This document shows positions 1 to 9,544 of a DNA stretch of 64,000 nt, one piece after another. This DNA is from Mycobacterium phage prophiFSAT01-1. The notes under the pieces are model-generated. The model saw only the letters and a program-made list of their open reading frames with translations. It had not been told where the DNA came from and searched no databases. A program made the position numbers and the translations under genes. The stretch is from the sequence record BK061308.1, one strand, 5' to 3'. How positions within the stretch are numbered: position 1 is the first letter of the stretch; each line of letters begins with the position of its first letter.

Positions 1-1017
1 GAGAACGTGAGGGGACTGCTCAGTGCAACCGCCGATCGCAACATGGAACCCAACGACTCAGACCTGGGAGAAGACGCAGGACAACCTACACTCAACGCAG
101 CCGGAGCCGTACTCGGAGACCTGGCCGGACTCGGGTACAACGCGAGCTGGCGGACTGTATCCGCGTCATGGTGGGGAGCCCCGCATCAGCGCGAGCGAGT
201 CTTCATCCTTGCCTATCGTGCCGACCTCACGGCGACAGAAGTCGAAGAAGCAATCCGACCCGAATCAGGGGTCCATTTTGGACTGATCACCGCCGAGTCG
301 GGTGATCTGCTGCCGACACCCACCGCTGGCTACTACACGCGCGGGTCAAAGCATTTGATGCTGCCGTACGTCGCTCAGTATGCAACCGGCCACGATCCGG
401 TGCCCGATCGGCCAGATCTAAAGGGTCGTCCTGATCCACTTCTGCCTACACCTATTGCGCTCCAGAACAACACACACAACAGCGCAGGTAAGCCGATGCT
501 GACCGGACTGGTCAAGGAGTTGTTTCCGACGCCGACAGCGAGCGACGGAAACGGCGCTGGACCACACGGTGACGGCGGCCCGGATCTGCGGACGGTGGTC
601 AGCGGCATGTTCCCGCTGATGCCTACGCCGGTGGCGTCCGACGACCGAAACGGCGTGCACCCCGACAAACGGCGGAGCTACGGCATCGGTGCGTCGATCG
701 TCCAGATCGTTGATCTCGCTGTCGCCTACGGCGAACCCGAGTGGCACCAGTACGACCCGGCGATCAAGCGATGGGAGGCGCTGTTTCGTCCAGCGCCGTA
801 TCCCGTGGTACCCGGCAACGGGTCGCCTCAGCTCAACCCTCGGTTCTCCGAGTGGATGATGGGCTGGCCGCAGGATTGGGTCAACATCGACGGCCTGTCT
901 CGTCGCGTCCAGAACCGCATCTGTGGCAATGGCGTCGTGCCGCAACAGGCCGCTGGCGCGCTGCGCTGGATGCTCAGTGACCTAATCGCAGAGCTGAATG
1001 CGGCGGTGGCGGCATGA
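1..1017 (+). CDS. DNA (cytosine-5) methyltransferase, C-terminal part; 5' end lies outside the window
   Basis: Frame is open from nt 1. Translation starts at the ENV motif (ENVRGLL), followed by QRRERVFILAY (motif VIII) and GNGVVPQQA (motif X) with a variable target-recognition region between them. Confidence 0.75.
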   Translation, partial: ENVRGLLSATADRNMEPNDSDLGEDAGQPTLNAAGAVLGDLAGLGYNASWRTVSASWWGAPHQRERVFILAYRADLTATEVEEAIRPESGVHFGLITAESGDLLPTPTAGYYTRGSKHLMLPYVAQYATGHDPVPDRPDLKGRPDPLLPTPIALQNNTHNSAGKPMLTGLVKELFPTPTASDGNGAGPHGDGGPDLRTVVSGMFPLMPTPVASDDRNGVHPDKRRSYGIGASIVQIVDLAVAYGEPEWHQYDPAIKRWEALFRPAPYPVVPGNGSPQLNPRFSEWMMGWPQDWVNIDGLSRRVQNRICGNGVVPQQAAGALRWMLSDLIAELNAAVAA

Positions 1018-1781
1018 GCGCCGTCGACCAGTACATACCCGTAGCCGGGCTGCTGGAGCCACTGGGGCTGACCTGGAGTCATCAGACATCTCTCGCTGCG
1101 CTACTCGCGGCCAACGATGAGGGCAAAGATCTCGCAGCCTGGGACCGAATCGATCTCAAGGCGTATCAGATCGCAACTGCGGAGATGGAGATGGTCAGCA
1201 TCCTTCCGACCTTCGTCCACGACCAGCTCAAAGCGATCGCGGTTCCCGACCGAATCGTGTACTACCGCCACAACTTCTATCTGATGGGCATTGAGACGGG
1301 CGCGGAAGTTCATCGCTCGACGATCGCACTCATGGCGTTGGCCGCGCGAGGCAAGAGCTACGACCCCGCGGCTAAAAAACGCATCAAGGGTCTACCGATG
1401 GACATCGACCGCGGGCTGATCGTGCACATCCCCGAGGGTGCAAAGAAGGCCACCGTGCACTGGGTCAATCTGCTACGCGGATGGGGCGATGTGTCGCTGG
1501 CACACAGGCTCTCTGAGCTTCGCAAGCGCACTGTCAAGGACTACATCGCGCCCGTGCGGCGTCCCGACGACCGGCCCAAGAACGCTCAGGCTTACCGCCG
1601 TCGCGGCCAGTTCGACAACTTTTCCAACAGGACACGCAAGCGGTTCGACGTACTCGCAGCACGTGCGAAGGACATCGAAGAGCTGCGCGACGTGTACACG
1701 CGAGCGCACAAGAACATTGCGCTCACCCCCAGCTTCAAAGAGGCATGCAAACGACGGCTAGCGGAGCTGTCGGCCTCCTAG
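1014..1781 (+). CDS. Cas4/RecB-like nuclease paralog with a degenerate active site
   Basis: Paralog of ORF 4723..5652, sharing the VHWVNLLRGW and KRRLAEL C-terminal motifs. The RecB motif III 'IIDVKTG' is replaced by 'LMGIETG', so the catalytic D and K are lost. ATGA overlap with the upstream gene. Confidence 0.5.
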   Translation: MSAVDQYIPVAGLLEPLGLTWSHQTSLAALLAANDEGKDLAAWDRIDLKAYQIATAEMEMVSILPTFVHDQLKAIAVPDRIVYYRHNFYLMGIETGAEVHRSTIALMALAARGKSYDPAAKKRIKGLPMDIDRGLIVHIPEGAKKATVHWVNLLRGWGDVSLAHRLSELRKRTVKDYIAPVRRPDDRPKNAQAYRRRGQFDNFSNRTRKRFDVLAARAKDIEELRDVYTRAHKNIALTPSFKEACKRRLAELSAS

Positions 1782-1823
1782 AAGGGCATCACAACAACGA
1801 CACCAACGAATGGAAGGAATGAG

Positions 1824-1931
1824 ATGTCATCCAAGGAAACGACTTTCGGTGACTACGCGTCCTGGCTGATGTTAGCCATGACCGGGCCGATCGTCGCGGC
1901 GGCGTACCTGATCCGAGTGGGGGCGTTCTGA
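1824..1931 (+). CDS. small hydrophobic protein (35 aa)
   Basis: ATG preceded by GGAAGGAATGAG as ribosome-binding site. Stop overlaps the next start (ATGA). Below the ORF-track length cutoff. Confidence 0.3.
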   Translation: MSSKETTFGDYASWLMLAMTGPIVAAAYLIRVGAF

Positions 1932-2254
1932 TGGACACCAACTACCCGACGTACCCCAGCGGCACCATCGCGTACTGGGTATGCCCACGCAACGACAATC
2001 ATGTCTCGGTGCTGCTGCGCGACGCCAACGGCTGGAACCTATCCGGCGTCGCTGAGCATGGCAATTTCACCATGTTCATGGAGCCGCTGAAGTTGGGGCT
2101 TGCGCTGTTGACGGGTCATTCGATTCCGGTCATCAGCGACCAGGACTTCCACGAACTCCAGCAGGGACCCAAGCCGATGGTCGTGACCATCGTGCACATT
2201 CCCACCGCGCCGTTGGTCACCGACGAGGACGAAGAGGTGGCCGACCATGCGTGA
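1931..2254 (+). CDS. hypothetical protein (NDNH-motif domain)
   Basis: ORF is coupled to its neighbours and GC-rich at third codon positions. It shares a 'C-P-x-N-D-N-H' domain with the next gene. Confidence 0.45.
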   Translation: MDTNYPTYPSGTIAYWVCPRNDNHVSVLLRDANGWNLSGVAEHGNFTMFMEPLKLGLALLTGHSIPVISDQDFHELQQGPKPMVVTIVHIPTAPLVTDEDEEVADHA

Positions 2255-2795
2255 GTATCCCATGGGCTCAATGGTGTTCACCATCTGCCCGGACAACGAC
2301 AACCATGCAGTCTTCGGTCTGCGCGCCGAGGACGGCTGGTATCTCATGCAGGTCACCGAATCGAGCACGCTCAAGATCACCCAAGAGCCGTCCACCGACG
2401 AGGAGATAATGGGCGATCTGGATATGACGTGGATCGTCTGCCGTGACCCGTTGATGACGATCATCGGGCCGGACAAGACGAGGCCGGATGAGTGTCCCAG
2501 TGGCAGCATCATTTTCAGCCGCATGGAGGATCATCCGTTCGCGATCGTCGCTGGCTTGAAAACGCTGGACGGCTGGGAATTTGCACGTATCAACCCCGAC
2601 GGCAAGTTTGAGGCGATGGCGTTCATCCATCACCTACTGACTCACCACCTGGGGATGAACGTCGGACTACCGCAGGACAGCAACGTGTTTGGCAGTGAAG
2701 ACGTTGACCCGCGGTACGTGATCGGCGGTGACTGGACGATCGTCCACGTTCCTACGGTCGTCACCACCCCCGTATCGAAGGCGGCGGAGAACTGA
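2247..2795 (+). CDS. hypothetical protein (two copies of the NDNH-type domain)
   Basis: Paralogous to 1931..2254 (MVFTICPDNDNHAVFG vs IAYWVCPRNDNHVSVL), with a second degenerate copy at its C-terminus. Confidence 0.45.
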   Translation: MREYPMGSMVFTICPDNDNHAVFGLRAEDGWYLMQVTESSTLKITQEPSTDEEIMGDLDMTWIVCRDPLMTIIGPDKTRPDECPSGSIIFSRMEDHPFAIVAGLKTLDGWEFARINPDGKFEAMAFIHHLLTHHLGMNVGLPQDSNVFGSEDVDPRYVIGGDWTIVHVPTVVTTPVSKAAEN

Positions 2796-3322
2796 TGGAC
2801 CTGATCGTGGTGGACCTGGAGACCACAGGTCTTGACACCGATGTTCACTCGATCCTGGAGGTGGCGGCTGTCAATGTCGCCACCGGCCAGGAACTCTACT
2901 TCGTGCCCTACATCAAGCCTGATCAGATGATGATGGCCGACCCGGAAGCGCTGCGTATCAACAGGTATTACGAACGCGGTGTGTTCCGCAAGATGCTCAA
3001 GAGTCCCGACGACAACGTCCAAGCCTATCGCGAGCTGTTCGACATGCTGAAAGACAACAGGCTCGGCGGCGCTAACCCCCGTTTCGACGCCGACATGCTG
3101 GTCAAAGCAACTGGCTACGCGGAGTCTTGGCACTATCGGCTGGCCGATGTGTGCGCGTACGTCAGCGGCGCTCTGGGATTCGACCCTAGCGACATTCGCG
3201 GCCTGCATGACATGTGCGTATCGCTATCGGTGGACACCGGCACTGAGCACAGCGCCCTAGACGACGCCAGGGCGACCGCAGCATGCTTCCGGGCCGCCGC
3301 ACTGGGACCCCGGAGTCGATGA
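2795..3322 (+). CDS. DnaQ-like DEDDh 3'-5' exonuclease
   Basis: Exo I motif VVDLETTGLD, Exo II NPRFDADML and Exo III H-SALDDARATA motifs are present. Confidence 0.7.
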   Translation: MDLIVVDLETTGLDTDVHSILEVAAVNVATGQELYFVPYIKPDQMMMADPEALRINRYYERGVFRKMLKSPDDNVQAYRELFDMLKDNRLGGANPRFDADMLVKATGYAESWHYRLADVCAYVSGALGFDPSDIRGLHDMCVSLSVDTGTEHSALDDARATAACFRAAALGPRSR

Positions 3323-3735
3323 TGGGAAGGTTTAAAGAGTGGTTCGGCCAACTCGTGCAACAGCTTCCGTCGCAAGACGTGGAGGCGCGTGTCGAGGTCG
3401 ACAACTGGCTGACTGCGGGCAACAACCTGATCGTGGAGGCCGGCGCGCAGGATCATCAGTTGTTCCTGCGCATGAACGGTAGTGACTGGCCGCTGCGATC
3501 GGGCACGTACGCCCTGGCGACTAGCCAGGGGCGGCGGCTGCTGCTGTCAACGCACTGGGACGAAGTTGACGACTGGGCGGTCTACGTCGGCACCGAGACG
3601 GTAGACCAGCACGACACACCCCCGGTGTGGGACGTGAAGTTCCGCATCGTCCCCTTTCACCGAGTTAGGGACCCACTGGTCATCATCGCCCTGGAGGACG
3701 GGGAGTTCCTGACGGACATTGAGGAGATCGCATGA
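3319..3735 (+). CDS. hypothetical protein
   Basis: ATGA overlap with the upstream stop, in an operon context. Confidence 0.4.
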   Translation: MMGRFKEWFGQLVQQLPSQDVEARVEVDNWLTAGNNLIVEAGAQDHQLFLRMNGSDWPLRSGTYALATSQGRRLLLSTHWDEVDDWAVYVGTETVDQHDTPPVWDVKFRIVPFHRVRDPLVIIALEDGEFLTDIEEIA

Positions 3736-4451
3736 CACTCGCACTGGTCACCGACGACATGACGACAGGTGTTCTGAAAACAACTGATGGCGAGCGTAAC
3801 TCGCGCAAGAAGCTGTACTGGAAACGTCGGCGAGAAGCGCTATCGGGCGTCGCGCTGGAACGCTTGGCAGATCTTGGTATTGAGTTCCCGGTGGTCGCGG
3901 GAACCATGACTATCCCCGAGGTTTGCGACTACTTCGGAATCAGCCGTTCGACACTGACCAACATAGCCCGCCAGTACTACGAAGAGCTGATCGAGGTCGG
4001 TTACATGCCCGGCAGCGTGACACAGCCGACGCGGTACAGCGAGTTGGCGCTTGCGCATGTTGCGATGATCCTGCGACCCAGCACATCTGACCAGGCGATG
4101 ATCATCCAGAAGGCACTAGGCATCTACCGCGCACCTCGCGGAGCCGTCAAGGTCCACAACCAGAGTGGTGCTCACGTCAAGGTCTGCGGCCGCGTGCTCG
4201 ATGAGGCATACAAGCTGATCAGTGAGATTCGCGAGGATGACCCCGAAGAGGTTTGGAAGGCGCTGGAGAAACGCAATCGTCATGAGCTGCAAGTGCTCAC
4301 GGTGGCGTTGGCGGCGCTAGTGCCGAATGACCGCGGTGGACTGCGCGCTTGGCTGGCCGAAATCGGTCTGGGCATCCGCTCGGACGCTCAGAACAAGGCA
4401 GCGGTCGGGCTGGCCAGCTTGGTCCCGAGTCGTCAGCAGGTGTCTGAGTGA
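3732..4451 (+). CDS. hypothetical protein with predicted HTH (MTIPEVCDYFGISRSTLTNIARQY)
   Basis: ORF with ATGA coupling and a helix-turn-helix-like segment. Confidence 0.45.
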   Translation: MTLALVTDDMTTGVLKTTDGERNSRKKLYWKRRREALSGVALERLADLGIEFPVVAGTMTIPEVCDYFGISRSTLTNIARQYYEELIEVGYMPGSVTQPTRYSELALAHVAMILRPSTSDQAMIIQKALGIYRAPRGAVKVHNQSGAHVKVCGRVLDEAYKLISEIREDDPEEVWKALEKRNRHELQVLTVALAALVPNDRGGLRAWLAEIGLGIRSDAQNKAAVGLASLVPSRQQVSE

Positions 4452-4726
4452 ACGAAGTCCCGGCCCGTCGCCGCGCGGTCTACGACGGTGACGCGCGCGA
4501 GGTTGCCAACACCCCCCAACTGCTGGGGCCGTGCTCCCGTGGCATTTTCTGGCGACCCGTGTCAGCGGCGTACGACAGCGAAAACGACAACACCACAGTC
4601 GTATTCGCACCCGTACCGCGCGACGAGGTGATGGCGATTGCTGCCAAGCAGCTTGACGCACATCGCGAGACGCTGATTGACCTCGCGGCCAGTGGACTTC
4701 TCGATACCAAGGGGACACGCAAGTGA
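4448..4726 (+). CDS. hypothetical protein
   Basis: Coupled ORF whose stop overlaps the start of the next gene. Confidence 0.4.
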   Translation: MNEVPARRRAVYDGDAREVANTPQLLGPCSRGIFWRPVSAAYDSENDNTTVVFAPVPRDEVMAIAAKQLDAHRETLIDLAASGLLDTKGTRK

Positions 4727-5652
4727 GCGACCAGTTCACCAACGACATTCCACGCGATGGCTGGGGTCGCCCGAAGATCAAGCAGCCAGACGGCAAGCTC
4801 AAGGCTTACCGCCGTACCACCAAGTTCATCAACGTGCTCGAAGACACCTACAACCTGGAGAAGTGGAAGCTGCGCCAGGTGGCACTAGGCCTGGGGCAGC
4901 GTGAAGACCTGGTGCTGGCCGCTGCGTCGTGCACACAAGAGGACAAGGGAACGCTCAACGACGTAGCGCACAAGGCGATGGAGCACGCGCGGTCATCATC
5001 TAAGTCGACCACCGGGACGGCGCTGCACAAGCTGTGCGAGCGCGTGGACCGCGGCGAGCCCTTGGGTTCCATACCGTCGGCATTCGTTGGTGACATCGAG
5101 GCCTATGAGAAGTGTCGCGACGCCAACGGCTTGAAATACAAGCAAATCGAAATGATGCGCGTCCTGCATGACTGGCAGGTCGCCGGCACCCCCGACCGGG
5201 TTGGGGAGTACCACGGGAAGCACTACATCATCGACGTAAAGACAGGCGACATCACCTGGTCTGAGCGTGAGATCTCGATGCAGCTTGGCGCATACTCGCG
5301 CAGCACCGCGTACACGGCCGATGGCGACGTGGATGACGGGTTCGTGATCGACCAGGACCGCGCGATCGTCATCCATCTGCCCTCCGGTCAGGGTAAGTGC
5401 GAGTTGCACTGGGTGGACATCTCGCGCGGATGGAAGGCATGCCAGCTCGCCAGGCAAGTGTGGGACTGGCGCAGCGAGAGTGGTCTGTTCGTCCCGATCA
5501 GCGAGGACGATCCACTCATCCCGCTCGCGCTGGCCTGCACCACCGTGGAAGAACTTCGCGACCTCTGGCAGACCGCCTATGAGGAGGACGCGATTGACGA
5601 TGCGTTCAAGGTCGTCGTCAAGCGGCGCCTCGCCGAACTCGGCGCAGCGTAA
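4723..5652 (+). CDS. Cas4/RecB-family PD-(D/E)xK exonuclease
   Basis: RecB nuclease motif II 'GTPDRVGE' and motif III 'IIDVKTG' (hhhDYKT-like) are both present. Confidence 0.7.
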   Translation: MSDQFTNDIPRDGWGRPKIKQPDGKLKAYRRTTKFINVLEDTYNLEKWKLRQVALGLGQREDLVLAAASCTQEDKGTLNDVAHKAMEHARSSSKSTTGTALHKLCERVDRGEPLGSIPSAFVGDIEAYEKCRDANGLKYKQIEMMRVLHDWQVAGTPDRVGEYHGKHYIIDVKTGDITWSEREISMQLGAYSRSTAYTADGDVDDGFVIDQDRAIVIHLPSGQGKCELHWVDISRGWKACQLARQVWDWRSESGLFVPISEDDPLIPLALACTTVEELRDLWQTAYEEDAIDDAFKVVVKRRLAELGAA

Positions 5653-5687
5653 TCAACAACAACGGCACCATCAACGAAAGGCACGAA

Positions 5688-6668
5688 ATGAGTTGGCAGA
5701 TGTGGACGTTCATCGTCCTGGCGTTTATCGCGGTCCCGATCATCGGGGTCGGTCTTTGGATGCTGCGAAAATCCGGCAGTGTTGGACCCAAGCCCGAGAA
5801 GGATGGGCCCAATGACTATGACTACACGTACAAGCTGCGCGACTGGGAGAACCAAGTTGATCGCGTGGAAGAGAATCGCGGAACGTCCAAGCTGACGATC
5901 ATCACTGGTGCGGCCATTCTCGCGCTGGCGACGATCATTCTCACTTTCGGATGCTTCACCATCGTTGCGACGCGCAGCGTCGGCATCGTGACCACGTTCG
6001 GGAAGCCCTCCGGCACAACGCTCCAGAACGGCCTACATGCCAAGGCCCCTTGGTCGAACGTGACCGAGATGGATGGCGCGATTCAAAATGACGTGTTCAA
6101 CGGCGACCACCGCGTGAAGATCCGTCTCGGCAACAACTCCACCGCGGACGCAGATGTCAATGTGCGCTGGCAGATTAAGCCCGATGCCGCTGATGTGCTC
6201 TTCGTCCAGTACAAGACGTTCGACAATGTGAAGTCCAACCTGGTCACTCGCTCGCTCCAGTCGGCCATGAATGAGACTTTCGCGTCATTCGATCCTCTGG
6301 AGCCCAAGAACGCCACGAACGGCGCTGATCTGGGTGCACTGTCGAGGCAGGTTCAACAGCGTCTCATCGCCAAGATCAGCAGCCAGATCGACGTGCTGGA
6401 GGTCAACGTTCCGATCATCGATTACGACCAGCAGACCGAGGACAAGATCAACCAGTACAACGCCGAGAAAGCCAATACTGCTGTCGCAGAGCAGGCGAAA
6501 CAGACGGCAGAAGCGCAGGCCGCCGCCAACAAGATACTTGCGTCGTCGGTGTCCAATGATCCGAACGTCATAATCATGTACTGCATCCAGAAGTCACTGG
6601 AGAAGGGGCAGCCCACCGCTGGCTGCTGGCCGATCAACGGCGCCATTCCCACGGTGCCGGTTCGATGA
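5688..6668 (+). CDS. SPFH/band-7 (prohibitin/HflKC-like) membrane protein
   Basis: Two N-terminal transmembrane segments are followed by a band-7-like core (VGIVTTFGK...VNVRWQIKP...) and a C-terminal coiled coil (AEQAKQTAEAQAAANK). Confidence 0.6.
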   Translation: MSWQMWTFIVLAFIAVPIIGVGLWMLRKSGSVGPKPEKDGPNDYDYTYKLRDWENQVDRVEENRGTSKLTIITGAAILALATIILTFGCFTIVATRSVGIVTTFGKPSGTTLQNGLHAKAPWSNVTEMDGAIQNDVFNGDHRVKIRLGNNSTADADVNVRWQIKPDAADVLFVQYKTFDNVKSNLVTRSLQSAMNETFASFDPLEPKNATNGADLGALSRQVQQRLIAKISSQIDVLEVNVPIIDYDQQTEDKINQYNAEKANTAVAEQAKQTAEAQAAANKILASSVSNDPNVIIMYCIQKSLEKGQPTAGCWPINGAIPTVPVR

Positions 6669-7021
6669 CGACCGTGAACACCCTCACCGAGTACCAGCGT
6701 AGAGCTGCCGAGACAGCTATCTACCCCGGTGCTGATGACATCGAAAGCGTAGACGGTTTGGCCTACGTAACAATGGGTCTCGTCGGCGAGGCTGGTGAGA
6801 TCGCGAATAAGGTCAAGAAGATCCTTCGGGATGACGGCGGTGTCATCACTGCTTCCGCTCGTTTGCGACTGGTCTTCGAGCTGGGGGATGTGCTCTGGTA
6901 CCTGGCGCAGACGGCGACCCAGCTGGGGATCGATCTGGATTCGATTGCGGGCATGAACATCGCCAAGCTGGCCTCGCGTTCTGAGCGCGGCACCCTGCAA
7001 GGGTCCGGTGATGCGCGGTGA
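6665..7021 (+). CDS. MazG-like nucleoside triphosphate pyrophosphohydrolase
   Basis: EAGE-x-K-x-RD metal-binding helix (LVGEAGEIANKVKKILRDD) and ELGDVLWYL motif. Confidence 0.7.
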   Translation: MTTVNTLTEYQRRAAETAIYPGADDIESVDGLAYVTMGLVGEAGEIANKVKKILRDDGGVITASARLRLVFELGDVLWYLAQTATQLGIDLDSIAGMNIAKLASRSERGTLQGSGDAR

Positions 7022-7509
7022 AGAAGAAGCGACTGCTGCGCCTTGTCGCCAATGAGCGTGAGCGCGCCGACAAGGCGACGCAGACGATTGAACGACTCAC
7101 TCGTGAGGGTGAACAGAATCGCCAGAATCACAAGGAAACTCGCGAGAAGCTACAACGCACGATGGGACTGATCCGCAAGGCTGAGCGTGCGACGGCGTAT
7201 CTCACGCTGCCTGAGTTCGGCTCAATTTCACACTGCCCGATGTGTGACGAGAGGCTTGAAGATATTCAGGTTCACCTCGTTGGCTGGACCCAGCCGGACA
7301 CGCCTTTCACGAAGTCATACAGCGTGCCCACAAGCGGCGGTAGTCCTTACCTGTCAAGCGGATTCGTTAACCGAATTGAATGGTTTGGCAGTGTCGATAG
7401 CGCTGACGAGAATGCTGACACTCCAGCGCATCTGGTCTATCAGTGTGGATGCGGCTACATCTTCCGCACCAAGACGCGCAAGGACACGCCGAGGGTGGTC
7501 ATCACATGA
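7018..7509 (+). CDS. hypothetical zinc-ribbon protein
   Basis: CPMCDE...CGCGY cysteine pairs and a coiled-coil N-terminus. Confidence 0.4.
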   Translation: MKKKRLLRLVANERERADKATQTIERLTREGEQNRQNHKETREKLQRTMGLIRKAERATAYLTLPEFGSISHCPMCDERLEDIQVHLVGWTQPDTPFTKSYSVPTSGGSPYLSSGFVNRIEWFGSVDSADENADTPAHLVYQCGCGYIFRTKTRKDTPRVVIT

Positions 7510-7694
7510 CCACACACAAGCGCTACGGCTACAGAGACAGGTATGACCGCGTGACCGGAGACAACGCACAGGCGCGGCGCCTGAATGCTCAGATAGCGAT
7601 GATCAGGCGCGCTCGCGAAACCGGGTTCCACATTACCGAGGTCGAGGCCAACCTGGCGGGCTTGCAGTTCAAGCCGCTCGACACCAAGCCGTAA
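7506..7694 (+). CDS. small hypothetical protein
   Basis: ATGA overlap with the upstream stop. Short. Confidence 0.3.
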   Translation: MTTHKRYGYRDRYDRVTGDNAQARRLNAQIAMIRRARETGFHITEVEANLAGLQFKPLDTKP

Positions 7695-7760
7695 CCGGCT
7701 GTGCCGGAACGGGATACGTGCGCCGCGCGTATCAACTACCAGGAATGAAAGGATCAACCA

Positions 7761-8225
7761 ATGAGTGATGACCTATTCGACGGTCCGGGCTCGGCCGATG
7801 TCATCAACTGGGAGGACCTGGAGAAGCGATTGCTACTTGTCCAACCCCTTGAGCTGAAGGTGGGAGTGCCGACCAAGAACTACGGCCCGAAGGATGCCAT
7901 TGAGGCCAACGTTCACGTGCTGGACGGCCCGGAGGCTGGCTCGGTGTACCGCAACGGGTACGTCTTCCCGCTGGTGCTGCAAGGTCAGATCAAGGGCAAC
8001 ATCGGAACTGGCCGTTTCAACCTTGGTCGTCTCGGCAAGGGTGTGCCCAAGCCGGGCCAGAAGCCGCCCTGGACACTGAGCGAGCCGACCGAGGATGAGA
8101 AGTCGCTGGCGCGAAAGTATCTCGCTAGCGACAAGTTCCAGCAGAACATGGCCGCGCCTGTCGCTGCGGCATCCGCACCAGCCAACGACCCATGGTCGAA
8201 CAACAGCGCGGAACCGCCGTTCTGA
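7761..8225 (+). CDS. hypothetical protein
   Basis: ORF preceded by the ATCAACTACCAGG motif and AAAGGA ribosome-binding site. Confidence 0.45.
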   Translation: MSDDLFDGPGSADVINWEDLEKRLLLVQPLELKVGVPTKNYGPKDAIEANVHVLDGPEAGSVYRNGYVFPLVLQGQIKGNIGTGRFNLGRLGKGVPKPGQKPPWTLSEPTEDEKSLARKYLASDKFQQNMAAPVAAASAPANDPWSNNSAEPPF

Positions 8226-8403
8226 TGAGCGGCCGAGGCTAGAAGCGGATCAACCCCCCGCCCGATCTGCTCGTCTCGGCAGGCGCGCCCCGCGCCCGAT
8301 CTCGTCCACAGTGTTTGGTTTCAGGTCCCAATCACTGACGGTCGGGGCGGGGCGCGCCACCCAAAACAACTGACACAACAAGCAAACCGACGCGGAGAAC
8401 GAG

Positions 8404-8613
8404 ATGAATGCGCCAGCACCCACCTGCAAGTGCGGTCACGACGATGACACGCATGTTGCGGGGTTCGGCCAGTGCCTCGGCTGCACGCACTGCCCTGACA
8501 TTCCGCACAACGCCAAGTCTGGGCACGTCTACAGCCGATGCCTATGCACCGAGTTCAAGCGCGACGATGAGAGCGCCAGCCAGACGGAGCGACTGATGGG
8601 AATGCAGTGGTGA
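8404..8613 (+). CDS. small Cys/His-rich protein
   Basis: CKCGHDDDTH...CLGCTHC...C pattern. A ribosome-binding site (GGAGAACGAG) precedes the ATG. Confidence 0.4.
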   Translation: MNAPAPTCKCGHDDDTHVAGFGQCLGCTHCPDIPHNAKSGHVYSRCLCTEFKRDDESASQTERLMGMQW

Positions 8614-8837
8614 GCGCCAAGACTATCCGTGCGCGTGAGATCGTCAATGAGGTCCGCAACGACGCCGCGAATGATGTCAAGAACTTCGACGGCCGTGAGC
8701 TGACTGGGCGACTGGTCGGCGAAATCAATGGCAACACAAACGGTCTCATCGTGGGTCTGGCCAATTGTATTGAGATGTTGGCGACCGAGATCGAGCGGCT
8801 TGAGAATCGGATGCCACCTCAACAGGGGTGGTGGTGA
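8607..8837 (+). CDS. hypothetical protein
   Basis: Overlapping, coupled ORF. Confidence 0.35.
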   Translation: MVSAKTIRAREIVNEVRNDAANDVKNFDGRELTGRLVGEINGNTNGLIVGLANCIEMLATEIERLENRMPPQQGWW

Positions 8838-9544
8838 TGTTCACCTACTCCACCTGCGTTACGTGCAACACGATCATGATCGTTACAGACCATGACCAGC
8901 GTCAGCACCCGGAGTGCGCAGAGAACGCGCCAGCGCCAACGCTGACGCGCGTGGAGCTGCTGACCGAGGAGTTACGCGCCGCACTCATTGCTGGCGACCA
9001 GTCTGTGTTCGATTCCAAGTTGGCTGAGCTGAATGTGATAGATGATCAGCCGCCACCGCTGGGCCCTTCGGCGCTGTTTTATGCCACAGAATATGGCTGG
9101 CCCGTGTTTCCGTTGGAGGTTGGGGGTAAGCGACCAGCTGTCCCGAAGAAGGATGGTGGCAACGGGTTCAAGGACGCGACGACCGATCCAGAGCGCATCA
9201 AGAAGTTCTGGACCAAGCACCCACTTTGCAACATCGGCATACCGACCGGCATCCATTTCGACGTGATCGATGTGGATGTGCCTGATGGATGGCTGTCGCT
9301 GCGCGACATGCTGAATGAGGATCGAGTGCCCGACATTCATGGTCGCGTGGCGACCTCATCTGGTGGTGTTCACCTTCTGATCGAACCCACCGGCGATGGC
9401 AACTCGGCCCGTATCGCGCCAGGTATCGACTACCGCGGCACGGGCGGTTATGTCGTGGCGCCACCCTCACGAATAGACCCCCAGCACCGCTGGTCGTGGA
9501 CGGTCAAGCCGTCACCGAAAGTAAAAGGGAGAGAGAAACAATGA
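8828..9544 (+). CDS. bifunctional DNA primase/polymerase (PrimPol) domain protein
   Basis: Prim-Pol N-terminal signature FYATEYGWPVFPL...GGKRPAV...GFKDATTDPERIKKFW...NIGIPTGIHFDVIDVD. Confidence 0.65.
   Translation: MVVMFTYSTCVTCNTIMIVTDHDQRQHPECAENAPAPTLTRVELLTEELRAALIAGDQSVFDSKLAELNVIDDQPPPLGPSALFYATEYGWPVFPLEVGGKRPAVPKKDGGNGFKDATTDPERIKKFWTKHPLCNIGIPTGIHFDVIDVDVPDGWLSLRDMLNEDRVPDIHGRVATSSGGVHLLIEPTGDGNSARIAPGIDYRGTGGYVVAPPSRIDPQHRWSWTVKPSPKVKGREKQ

Noticed and set aside
375-945. Minus-strand ORFs 375..668 and 418..945 inside the methylase gene
   Set aside because: They are antisense to a gene with clear methyltransferase motifs. They have no ribosome-binding site and show the Arg/Pro-rich translation typical of GC-rich antisense frames.
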